Source of the DNA: Parasutterella excrementihominis
GTDB lineage: Bacteria > Bacillota_I > Bacilli_A > RFN20 > CAG-826
NCBI GenBank assembly: GCA_963614595.1
Contig: CAVECL010000006.1
Span: 120-64,119 of the forward strand
Reading direction: 5' to 3'
DNA length: 64,000 bases
The number at the start of each line of letters is the position of its first letter. The stretch's first letter is position 1. Position numbers and translations under genes: made by a program. Of the stretch, positions 36,421 to 45,497 are shown one piece after another. Below the pieces are notes generated by a model, which saw only the letters and a program-made list of their open reading frames with translations, searched no databases and was not told the DNA's origin.

Positions 36421-37959
36421 TTATTTGCCCGGGAAGCAGAGAGAGCGAAGCGCTTTGTAGTCCAAGGAAGGATCTTCGACGGAAATTCCATTATGGGTGA
36501 GGTAGGTAAGAGAAAGGTCATCCTCCTCATTCACTTCATAAATCGCGCAAAGGAGCTGGTCCTCCTTGTTCGCGAGCAAATACGCATAGGGCATGCCGTT
36601 CTTTTCAACGTTTAGGGCAAGCAGATCCCATGAATCGATGGTCGGAGCAAGGGCTTTCTCCAAGAGAGATTGCCTCTCCTTTTCGTCAATCGCGACGAAC
36701 GTGGTTTCCGAGGAATTAATGTTTTTGGGGGCTGAGCCAAAACGGCGTTCTCCTTCACGCACGAACTTGGAAGATACAAACTTCAAAGACGGATCATTGA
36801 AAATGGTATTCGAGCCATGGATATCCTTTTTTCTGCAGAATGAGTAAACCTTCTCGGTCTTCGGGGGAAGAGAGGGCTGCGCCACCGTTTTTGTTTCTGG
36901 ATGCTCAGAGCTTTCGGCCTGATAGGGGCGTTGATCTCTTCCATTGTTTTGGATAGTAACGTTCCCGGGCTTTTTGTTGGTGTTAGGAACAAAATCAGGT
37001 TTCGCAAACAATGGTTGCCCTTTCTTCTCTAAGACGGGTTTAGCAGACTTCTCATTCTCTTTCTCCCCGTACTTCCTTTGATTAGGAACCTTAGGGGCCG
37101 CAAAAGAAGTTTGTGAGGCCGGAGCTTTAGGCTGAACGTTGGGCTCAAAGGCTGGACGGGCAAACGAATTGGCAATCGCTTCTTGACTAGGTTCTTCTTT
37201 CCCCGCTTCGGAATTAGGGGAAAAGATTCTTCTATTTCTTGAGCAAGAGCCCAAATCACGGGGCTTTTTGCTTGAGCCTGCCGAAAAGGATTCCTTGACC
37301 ACCTCAATATGGACGGGGCCGTCGTCTTCCTCTTCTTCCGTAGGTTCGCTGAAATTATAGGAAGAGCCTAAGTCAAGAGTTCCTTTTTTGCAGGAAGGCT
37401 CAAAGGCAGGACGGGCAATATCAATATAAACGGGGTCATCGTCATCGCTCTCTTCGTTCTCGTCATCAGGAACGTAGTAGCCAAGATCGGTCGGTCTATT
37501 TTGTTTTTTGGGGGAGAACGAGGTCGAATTCATCGGCAAAGACAAGGTTGAAAGGAACTCCTTCCCGCTCATCGGTTCCCCTTCCTCCTCGCAGATTTCC
37601 ACATTATTGAGACAGCGCACGACAACTTCCTTATTCTTCAAAGAGATGACGAGGACGTTTTCCGGGTGCGCCCGGTTTATCAGCAAGGCGGTGCTGAGTT
37701 CATCGTCTTTATCGACAATAAGCGCAGGCAAGAACCATTCGGAAAAATGGAAATCCGTCCTAGAAAGTTCCATCACCGAATCTTCGCTCGTATTATTCGG
37801 ATAGAAAGAAGCGTTCTCGGAAAGAGGAAAGCAATGGACTTTTGCAAGGATTTCTTGAACTTTCTCGAAAAAAGGAAGGGTGAAAGAAGAGGAGTCGTTT
37901 GCAAGAAGCATCTCCCCCCGAGAAAGGGATGCCTGATATAAATAAACCGCCTGTTTCAT
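36421..37959 (-). CDS. Hypothetical protein with duplicated terminal domains and a repeat-containing disordered linker
   Basis: 512-aa ORF with GGAGG SD. Contains ARPAFEP/AKPDFVP repeats. The stop TAA overlaps the SD of the next gene. Confidence 0.7.
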   Translation of the reverse strand: MKQAVYLYQASLSRGEMLLANDSSSFTLPFFEKVQEILAKVHCFPLSENASFYPNNTSEDSVMELSRTDFHFSEWFLPALIVDKDDELSTALLINRAHPENVLVISLKNKEVVVRCLNNVEICEEEGEPMSGKEFLSTLSLPMNSTSFSPKKQNRPTDLGYYVPDDENEESDDDDPVYIDIARPAFEPSCKKGTLDLGSSYNFSEPTEEEEDDGPVHIEVVKESFSAGSSKKPRDLGSCSRNRRIFSPNSEAGKEEPSQEAIANSFARPAFEPNVQPKAPASQTSFAAPKVPNQRKYGEKENEKSAKPVLEKKGQPLFAKPDFVPNTNKKPGNVTIQNNGRDQRPYQAESSEHPETKTVAQPSLPPKTEKVYSFCRKKDIHGSNTIFNDPSLKFVSSKFVREGERRFGSAPKNINSSETTFVAIDEKERQSLLEKALAPTIDSWDLLALNVEKNGMPYAYLLANKEDQLLCAIYEVNEEDDLSLTYLTHNGISVEDPSLDYKALRSLCFPGK

Positions 37960-38056
37960 AAACCCTCCTCGCCAAAATGGCTATCTTCTTTATTGTATCC
38001 CATTTCCATTCGCGAAAAACAGGCACATGTGGCCTTTTTTTCGCTAAAATGAACTC

Positions 38057-38575
38057 ATGCAACGAATCGCCCTAGTCCTATCCAGCCAACTCTCAAGCGT
38101 CGAAAAAGCCGCAAGGCGAGCCGATATGGATTTCGAAGACGCATACTTTGACAAGGATAGATTCCTTCAAGCCGTGAATGAAAGAAGGGCCTACGTCCTG
38201 AAAGACGGTTTAAAGGTTATTTCTCTCGCTTCGCTTTCCTTTTTCCCTCTAGAGGAAATCTACGGGAATGATATCCCAAAGCAAAACGAATTATTGGACC
38301 AGATTGGCTATTACGGCGAACCCCTGCTTTTCTTAGAATCCATTTTCACCGACCCTTTTTATAAAAAGAAAGGGAACGCGAAAGGTTTATTTCTTTCTCT
38401 CATCTCCACCCATAAAGAAGCGACTTGGCTTGCTTTGCTGCCCCCAACGCGCATTTCTCTTTTGCCTTTCTTCCAAGCCATCGGGTTCAAGCCCTATGAT
38501 TACGCTCAAAACCAATCTTTGATTTTGGTCCGCAAAAAAGAAAAAGAAGGGCTTTGCGCGAACCCTTCTTTCTAA
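38057..38575 (+). CDS. Possible GNAT-family acetyltransferase (weak)
   Basis: 172 aa. FTDPFYKKKGNAKGLFLSLI and FFQAIGFKP loosely fit GNAT motifs A and B. Confidence 0.4.
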   Translation: MQRIALVLSSQLSSVEKAARRADMDFEDAYFDKDRFLQAVNERRAYVLKDGLKVISLASLSFFPLEEIYGNDIPKQNELLDQIGYYGEPLLFLESIFTDPFYKKKGNAKGLFLSLISTHKEATWLALLPPTRISLLPFFQAIGFKPYDYAQNQSLILVRKKEKEGLCANPSF

Positions 38576-38580
38576 AGCGG

Positions 38581-40323
38581 TTAAGCAAGCTGGCTTTGAT
38601 AGAGCTCGGCGAAGAAGCCGTTTTGGCCCATGAGCTCATCGAAGTTTCCTTGTTCGATAATCTCCCCGTCTTTTAAGACGAGGATTAGATCGGAATTGCG
38701 AATCGTGGAGAGTCGATGGGCCACGACCAGGGATGTTTTCCCTTTCATCAGCTCGTCGAAGGCTTTCCCTAGAGCAAGCTCGGTGCGAAGGTCGATGTTG
38801 CTCGTCGCTTCGTCTAACAAAACGATCTCAGGCTTCACAAGCAGAATGCGCGCGACGCAAAGAAGCTGCTTCTCCCCTTGCGAGAGACCGCTGGAATTGC
38901 TGACGATCGTGTCGTAGCCGTCCGGGAGTCTGCGGATGAATTCATCCGCGTGAGCCTTTTGCGCCGCCTCAACGACCTCGTCCATGCTCGCATCGGGCTT
39001 TCCGAAAGCGATGTTTTCGCGGATGGAGGCTTTCTCAAGCCAAGTCTCCTGCAAGACCATGCCGATGTGACTGCGCATCTCGGACTTCTTCACTTCGCTA
39101 GTGGGAACGCCGTTCATCTCGAATCCGCCTTGCTGGGGATCGTAGAATCTCATCAAAAGATTGATGATGGTCGTCTTGCCGCACCCCGTCGGACCGACAA
39201 GAGCGATCTTGTGCCCTTTGTAGATATCAAGGTTGAAATTCTTGATGATCTGACGTTTGCCATCATAAGAGAAATTCATGTCCTTCGCTTCTAAGGTATC
39301 GATGGTCTTCCCAAGAGGCTTATCGCCATTATCGACGTCCTTCTCGCAAAGAACGGTTTGCTGAACCCTATCAAGCGAAGCAGTCGCATAAAAGACGTCG
39401 CTAGCGACATCGGCGATTTCATTGAAGGGGGTCATGTATTGCAAGGAGTAAGAAAGGAAAGAGGAGAGCGCACCTACCGTGAAATGAATCCCTAGCCAAG
39501 AAGGCGAAGCGATTAGAAGGTAGGCGCCGAACAAAATGATGGAGGCATAGATGAGGTTGTTCACCAAACGGGTGGAAGGGTTGATCCAAGCGGCTGCAAA
39601 AGTGGCTTTGAAATTGGCTTTCTTGACCTCCGCGTCCTTTTTCAGGAAGTCTTTTTCCCTCGCTTCTTCCATTCCGTAAGAATGGATGGCCTCAAGGTTA
39701 GAAAGGGATTCCAAAGAATGGGCGGTAAGCTCGCCCATCTTGGCGTTTTGCTGTTTGAAGTAAACAGAGTTGGATTTGCTGACGAAACGGCTGACGAGCA
39801 CCGAGATTGGGGTGAGCAAAACAACCGTCAGAGCCAACGCCCAATTCAGATAGAACATGAAGAAGAGAGTGATGGCAATTTGGACGATGCCCTCAAAAAG
39901 AGCGCCTGCCCCTGTGATGAGGCCGGTCTGGACGGTTTCGATGTCATTCGTAAGACGAAGGAGAAGGTCCCCATGCGGATGAGTATCCAGGTAAGACAGA
40001 GGCACTTGATTTAGAGCGTCGAAGAGGGTATCCCTCATGTTCTTCACGACGCGCTGGCCGCATTTAGAAAGAGCGTAATCGAAGGCGTAGCGGAACAAAG
40101 CGCCAATGATGATGAGGCCGAAAACCAAGAAAAGATAAGGCGTCAACTGATCTGAGGAAAAGGAGTCGCTCCTCATCAAATCGATGGCAAGGCCCGTCAC
40201 ATAAGGAATCGCCATCTTGGCGGTCACGGAGCAAAGAGCCAAGACAAAAGAGAGAATGAGCAATAGGACGTTCCCCTTCATATAGGGAAGGAGAGAAGAG
40301 AGATTCAAGGATTTCCTTTTCAT
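38581..40323 (-). CDS. ABC exporter, fused permease/ATPase (heterodimer partner 2)
   Basis: 6-TM N-domain, Walker A GPTGCGKTT, signature LSQGEKQLL, Walker B VLLDEATS. Confidence 0.92.
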   Translation of the reverse strand: MKRKSLNLSSLLPYMKGNVLLLILSFVLALCSVTAKMAIPYVTGLAIDLMRSDSFSSDQLTPYLFLVFGLIIIGALFRYAFDYALSKCGQRVVKNMRDTLFDALNQVPLSYLDTHPHGDLLLRLTNDIETVQTGLITGAGALFEGIVQIAITLFFMFYLNWALALTVVLLTPISVLVSRFVSKSNSVYFKQQNAKMGELTAHSLESLSNLEAIHSYGMEEAREKDFLKKDAEVKKANFKATFAAAWINPSTRLVNNLIYASIILFGAYLLIASPSWLGIHFTVGALSSFLSYSLQYMTPFNEIADVASDVFYATASLDRVQQTVLCEKDVDNGDKPLGKTIDTLEAKDMNFSYDGKRQIIKNFNLDIYKGHKIALVGPTGCGKTTIINLLMRFYDPQQGGFEMNGVPTSEVKKSEMRSHIGMVLQETWLEKASIRENIAFGKPDASMDEVVEAAQKAHADEFIRRLPDGYDTIVSNSSGLSQGEKQLLCVARILLVKPEIVLLDEATSNIDLRTELALGKAFDELMKGKTSLVVAHRLSTIRNSDLILVLKDGEIIEQGNFDELMGQNGFFAELYQSQLA

Positions 40324-42077
40324 TTTGTCTTCACCTGCGTTTCATAGATTTCCTGATAAATCGGGCAAGAGGTCAGGAGCTCTTCATGGGTCCCGTGGCC
40401 CACGATTTTCCCTTTGTCCAAGACGTAAATATGGTTGCAATCCTTGATGGAAGTCGCCCTTTGGGAGACCATGACCAAGGTCAAATCCTTAACTTTTGCG
40501 ATGTTTTTGCGAACCATGAGGTCGCTTTTGTAATCAAGTGCGCTCGTGGCGTCATCCAAGAAAAGGACGGGGCGGTTCGAGAGCAAGGCGCGCGCGATCA
40601 AAAGACGCTGCTTTTGCCCGCCTGAGAAATTTTGCCCCCCTTCTTCCACTTCGTGATCGAGCCCGTCTTTGTAGCGAACCACGAATTCTTCCGCCAAAGA
40701 ATCCTTCAAGGCCTTCCAGATTTCCTCTTCGCTGGCATCCGGCTTCCCTAGAAGCATGTTGGAGCGGATAGTCCCGCGGAAAAGCTGTTTCTTTTGACTA
40801 ACCAAAGCAATCTCGGAGCGAAGATTCTCGAGTTTGCTTTCTTGAATCGGATGGCCATGGAAGAGAAGTTCGCCACTAGTCAAATCGTAGAAGCGTTCCA
40901 TCAAATTGAGCAACGTCGATTTGCCTGAACCCGTGCCGCCGATGATGCCAACGGATTCGCCCTTGGCGATCGTCATGTCAATGTCTTGAAGGGCGAGGCT
41001 TTCGCCACCAAAACTAAGGCAAGCCTTTTTGAATTCAAAGACAGGCTCCCCTTCTTTCAGTTCTTTCTCTTTCTCGAGTGAGCCGGAAACGATATCGGGC
41101 TCTAACGCCAAGAAGTCGTCGATCCTCTTTTTCGAGGTGAATGCCTTCGAAAGAGAGGTAATCAGGCGGGTGAACATGATAAGCGCAGACAAAGAAGTCG
41201 TTAGATAGTTCACCAGAGCGACGATGTCGCCAACGGAAAGCGAAGCGTTGGCGTTATGAAATCCGCCGATATAGAAAACCAAAAGAACCGCTCCGTTGAT
41301 CAAGGCGAAGGTAAGAGGGTTGATGAGCGCGTTGATTTTCGAAATGACGAGAGCTTGCTTCCGATAGCATTCGCTGGCATCGCGGAACTCTTTCGTCTCC
41401 ACCGCCTCTTTGTTGAAGGAACGCACGACCCTCGCGCCGACAATCTCGTCTTCGCCGCGGCTAGAGATGATGTCTAACTGCTTTTGGAGCTTCGCGTATT
41501 GCTTTGGCGTAGAGCAAACAACCAAGCCAATCACCAAGCCGGACAAAACCAAAGAGCCAAGCACGACGCAGCCGGCGATTGGATTGATGATGAAGCTGGC
41601 CACAATGGAGCCAAGGACCAAAAAAGGGGCCCTCACAATGAGACGCATCAGCATTTGGACTCCGTTTTGCACCAAAAACGAGTCATTGTTCAGCAGATTA
41701 AGCGCTTTGTTGCGGCCATAATCATCAAGCTGCTTCGAGGAAAGCAAATGAATTCTCTCGTAGATGACTTTCTTTAAATCATAGGAATAATCGCTGCTCA
41801 CCCTCGCGGCCAAATACTGCGTGATCATCGTCACGGCAAAGCCGGCAATTGCCAGCCCAAACATGACGCAGGCAAGAGTTAGGATGTAGTTCCAGTCGTG
41901 GTAATGAGCGCCGCTTTCATCTAGGCCTTGGTCGATGATGCGACTCACAAGAATCGGGACAATCAATTCTGTGACAGCTTCGAATAATTTGAAAATCGGC
42001 GCCAAAATGACTTTGACCCGATATTTTTTAAGCGGGGCAAAAGCCTTGTGCGCATAAGCTTCTTCGTTTTCTTCCAT
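40320..42077 (-). CDS. ABC exporter, fused permease/ATPase (heterodimer partner 1)
   Basis: 6-TM N-domain, Walker A GGTGSGKST, signature FSGGQKQRL, Walker B LFLDDATS. 4-nt overlap with the partner gene. Confidence 0.92.
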   Translation of the reverse strand: MEENEEAYAHKAFAPLKKYRVKVILAPIFKLFEAVTELIVPILVSRIIDQGLDESGAHYHDWNYILTLACVMFGLAIAGFAVTMITQYLAARVSSDYSYDLKKVIYERIHLLSSKQLDDYGRNKALNLLNNDSFLVQNGVQMLMRLIVRAPFLVLGSIVASFIINPIAGCVVLGSLVLSGLVIGLVVCSTPKQYAKLQKQLDIISSRGEDEIVGARVVRSFNKEAVETKEFRDASECYRKQALVISKINALINPLTFALINGAVLLVFYIGGFHNANASLSVGDIVALVNYLTTSLSALIMFTRLITSLSKAFTSKKRIDDFLALEPDIVSGSLEKEKELKEGEPVFEFKKACLSFGGESLALQDIDMTIAKGESVGIIGGTGSGKSTLLNLMERFYDLTSGELLFHGHPIQESKLENLRSEIALVSQKKQLFRGTIRSNMLLGKPDASEEEIWKALKDSLAEEFVVRYKDGLDHEVEEGGQNFSGGQKQRLLIARALLSNRPVLFLDDATSALDYKSDLMVRKNIAKVKDLTLVMVSQRATSIKDCNHIYVLDKGKIVGHGTHEELLTSCPIYQEIYETQVKTK

Positions 42078-42089
42078 ACAGGGGTTCCT

Positions 42090-43466
42090 TTATTTTGAAA
42101 CGAGCACGTCATTGCCGTCTACGGACTCGGAAACATCTTCTTGTCTCAAGCGGATCTCGGCGATGACGGTATCAAGTTCTTCCTCTTCCCCATAACGCAG
42201 GAAAGAATAGCCGTCGTCAGTCACGACGACCTCATCGAAATTGCTTTCGCCATTGCAATTAAAGGAGACGACGTCGATGAAGGACCATTTGATTTTCGGC
42301 TTGTTGAGTCCGCAGAAAAGATTGGCGGCGTCTACAAGCAAGCCGGGGCGGTCGCTCTCAAGTTCGAAAACAAGATTCCCGGTCTCTTCCTCATAGGACA
42401 CGAAAGTAAACTTCTTTTTGGAGTAATCTGGGGTGTTGGGGTCGCCATAGGTGTCGAAAAAGGTATCCACATCGAATAGGGGCTCGCCTTGCTTCGCGCC
42501 AATTTTTTTGCCTAGAAGAGCAATTTGCGCATTGATGTCATCCACGAAAGAGTCTCTCGCATCAATGCCTAAAGCGATGGATTTCGCAGCGGCGGCGAAC
42601 TGCGCGATCAAATAATATTTAAGGGCGAAATTCTCTTCCTTGTTGATTCCCCATCCATTCTGGGCGCATTTAGCGAGGCGATAGGCGAATTCAGGCAGCA
42701 GGCTTTGATGCAAGTGACAGTTTAAGAAGTCTGAATAGCTTTGCGAGAAGCCATTCAAAACCGCGCGGTAAGCAAAATCATCGTCAGGTTTGACCGGATG
42801 GCCGAAGTGATAGCAATCGGCGATGCGGAAAACGGCTTCAAGGGACCCTAAAGCCGCAGCCTTTGAAAAGCATTCAAAGCAGGCCATCTTGTTTTTTTTC
42901 GGACCATTTCCATTGAAAAGGAGAACGCCGAGCCTGCAAAGGCCGTAAGGGTCTTGCGCCACCAGAGGTGCCGAGTAAAAGCCGATCGCTAATTGATAAT
43001 CTGGCTTTTGGTGTTTGGCTGAGCCAGAATAGAAATCACCAAGAAGAAGATAAGCTCTAGGGTCGTTCGCAGACGCGAGGTCGAAAAGGTAACGGAGAAA
43101 AAGGGTTTCATTTTTCTTCGTTTGGGGGATTTTGCCTGTAACATAGCGGTCAATGTATTTGTTCAAAGCCTCGGGGCTTTTATCGTCGACATCGCCTCCG
43201 TAAAAAGCCTCGCTCATTTCATTGAGAACCGCTTTGGTGAGCGGGACGCCGGAGGCATCTCCAATCACCGCGGCCATGCCACATTCGGGGCAAACAGCAG
43301 AAGCTCCCCCGTTTGTTCCGTCCTCCCACTGCGAGACTTTCCTCGCGTTGAAAGTCTTCCCGCAAAAAAAGCATCCGCACTTTTTGGAGCGGAGGATTTC
43401 GATTTCGTTGTTAACACTGTGAGATTTATAGCCTTCTAGAATGGCTTTTCGTTCTTTCTTTATCAT
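42090..43466 (-). CDS. Zinc-ribbon + Sel1-repeat protein
   Basis: ORF trimmed to MIKKERK. CGCFFCG...CPECG four-Cys ribbon, then Sel1-like repeats (LLGDFYSGS.., LGVLLFNGNG.., AVFRIADCYHFGH). The C-terminal domain is unknown. Confidence 0.6.
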   Translation of the reverse strand: MIKKERKAILEGYKSHSVNNEIEILRSKKCGCFFCGKTFNARKVSQWEDGTNGGASAVCPECGMAAVIGDASGVPLTKAVLNEMSEAFYGGDVDDKSPEALNKYIDRYVTGKIPQTKKNETLFLRYLFDLASANDPRAYLLLGDFYSGSAKHQKPDYQLAIGFYSAPLVAQDPYGLCRLGVLLFNGNGPKKNKMACFECFSKAAALGSLEAVFRIADCYHFGHPVKPDDDFAYRAVLNGFSQSYSDFLNCHLHQSLLPEFAYRLAKCAQNGWGINKEENFALKYYLIAQFAAAAKSIALGIDARDSFVDDINAQIALLGKKIGAKQGEPLFDVDTFFDTYGDPNTPDYSKKKFTFVSYEEETGNLVFELESDRPGLLVDAANLFCGLNKPKIKWSFIDVVSFNCNGESNFDEVVVTDDGYSFLRYGEEEELDTVIAEIRLRQEDVSESVDGNDVLVSK

Positions 43467-43571
43467 CCCGGCTATCTTATCACACTTGTTCTTCCTAAAA
43501 GGAAGCAGTTCAAAGAAGAGAGTCTTTTTTCTCTTGATTGACCTAGCAAAGAAAAGTGGCAAAATTTTTGC

Positions 43572-44576
43572 ATGAAGATTTTAGTAGATGCATTAGGCGG
43601 CGATAACGCACCGCAAGCGGTGCTAGAAGGCGCCGCCAAAGCCATCAGATCTCGCAAAGATCTGAATTTAGTGATCGTTGGCCCGACGGAAGATTGCAAA
43701 GCAAGGCTCGCCAAACTTGACGCAGATTTAACCCGCGTCGAATTTTTAAACGCCAAAGAAGCCGTTCTAAACACCGATCACCCCGCGATGTTCTTGAAGC
43801 AGAAGCCCGAATCCACCTTGGCGATTGCTTATGACGCCTTAAGAAAAAGAGACGATATCGACGGCATGCTAACCGCCGGTCCTACCGGGGCTGTTTTAAC
43901 CGGAGCCGTCCTCCGTTTAGGGAGAATCCCGGGCATCGAAAGGCCAGGGCTCATCACCACTTTGCCTACGAAAAACGATTCCTACGTTCGTGTTATCGAC
44001 TCTGGCGCCAATATGGACTGCAAACCCCAATACCTCTATCAATTCGCCGTCATGGCGTCGACTTATCTCAAATGCGTCGGCATCGCAAACCCGCGCGTCA
44101 GTTTGCTTAACGTCGGGGCAGAGGAAGGAAAAGGCGACGATCTTTCCAAAGAAACTTACGCCATGTTAAAAAAGAGCTCCCTCAATTTCGTTGGCAACAT
44201 CGAAGCGGATCACGTCTTAGACGGCACCACTGACATCGTCACCTGCGATGGCTTCGCGGGCAACATCTTCCTGAAAGGAAGCGAAGGCGCCTTTTATTTC
44301 ATGAAGGACAAGATGAAAGTCGCGATGGGTGGCACCTTCATCCGCAAAATCGGCGCTTTGTTCCAACTAAAAGGAATCAAGGATGCGACGAAACCCTTTG
44401 CGATGGTCAAGCGCGGATGCGCGCCGCTTCTTGGCACAAAGAAACTCGTCGTCAAAGCCCACGGCAAAAGCACCGCGGACGTTTTCGAAGGCACAATCCT
44501 AGAAACCGCCAAACTTGCAGAGAAGAATCTGATTCAAAAAATCGAGGCGGCTTTAGAGACTCCTGAAGCGGAATAA
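43572..44576 (+). CDS. plsX: Phosphate acyltransferase PlsX
   Basis: MKILVDALGGDNAP N-terminus and a typical PlsX length of 334 aa. Confidence 0.92.
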   Translation: MKILVDALGGDNAPQAVLEGAAKAIRSRKDLNLVIVGPTEDCKARLAKLDADLTRVEFLNAKEAVLNTDHPAMFLKQKPESTLAIAYDALRKRDDIDGMLTAGPTGAVLTGAVLRLGRIPGIERPGLITTLPTKNDSYVRVIDSGANMDCKPQYLYQFAVMASTYLKCVGIANPRVSLLNVGAEEGKGDDLSKETYAMLKKSSLNFVGNIEADHVLDGTTDIVTCDGFAGNIFLKGSEGAFYFMKDKMKVAMGGTFIRKIGALFQLKGIKDATKPFAMVKRGCAPLLGTKKLVVKAHGKSTADVFEGTILETAKLAEKNLIQKIEAALETPEAE

Positions 44577-44578
44577 AA

Positions 44579-45403
44579 TTACTTCTTTTCCATTCCATTA
44601 ACCTCGCTTTTGCGGGGTTTTTCATTCTTTCGATAAGGCCTTTCTTCGCTCAGATGCCAAAGCGCGACGAAGTAGAAAATGCCAAAGACCGCGAAGATCG
44701 ACACAAAAAGAACATACGACCAGGAGATGTCGAACTCGTAGAAATGGTAGAAAAGAATATGGTTGATGACGTTATAAAAGAAATGGAACGAAACCGGGAT
44801 AATCGCTGAATCGAAGTAGATCGCGAGATACCCGCAGACAAGAACCAACAAGAAGATGTAAATAATCTGCAATAGGCTGACCAAGGACGGATAATTGAAA
44901 CTGCCTGGATAAGTTTGATAAAGGAAAATATAGCAATGGGCCAAGCTAAAGAGACCGGCGCTGGCGAAAATCCCAAGAGGCTTCGCGTGTTTGACGTGCA
45001 CCGTATCCAAGAAAAAGCAAATGAAAAGATCGACGAATAAAAGGTCTTCGAAAATCGCCGCCGCGCCATCAGAAACAAGCTCGAGAACAAGAAGCCCAGC
45101 ATCCTGCGACTCTTGAGACGCTGGGAAATTGAAAATAGGGACGGAAAGGAAATTGATGAAACAGAAAAGGATCAAAGGGAGCAAGAATACGTATTTAAGC
45201 TGGATGTGAGGGCGATTGATTTCAATATGCCAAATGTGTTTAAGGGAAATCAGGACAGCGATCGCCGGCACAAAAGCGATGATGCGGGCGATTTGGAAAC
45301 CTTTTTCGCTGAACCAAACTTGAAAAGGAAGATAGGAGAACAAAACATAATAGACAATTAAGCTAATCAGAAGAATTAGTTTTCTTTTTACTGATTTTTC
45401 CAT
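44579..45403 (-). CDS. CPBP-family (CAAX-type) intramembrane protease
   Basis: Polytopic. Motifs FEDLLF (EExxxR-like), FSLAHC (FxxxH) and HFFYN (HxxxN). Confidence 0.7.
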   Translation of the reverse strand: MEKSVKRKLILLISLIVYYVLFSYLPFQVWFSEKGFQIARIIAFVPAIAVLISLKHIWHIEINRPHIQLKYVFLLPLILFCFINFLSVPIFNFPASQESQDAGLLVLELVSDGAAAIFEDLLFVDLFICFFLDTVHVKHAKPLGIFASAGLFSLAHCYIFLYQTYPGSFNYPSLVSLLQIIYIFLLVLVCGYLAIYFDSAIIPVSFHFFYNVINHILFYHFYEFDISWSYVLFVSIFAVFGIFYFVALWHLSEERPYRKNEKPRKSEVNGMEKK

Positions 45404-45453
45404 ATGATGGCTCGCATTGTAGTCCTCCGTTTTGTCTACTTAAAGAGGGAATT

Positions 45454-45482
45454 AAAAAGGGGCGCCACGTGGATGCCCCTTT
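45454..45482 (-). terminator. Intrinsic terminator after the 45498 glycosidase gene
   Basis: Minus strand: CAAAGGGGC-atccacgtggc-GCCCCTTTTT. Confidence 0.65.
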
Positions 45483-45497
45483 GCGTGATTTCAGGTT

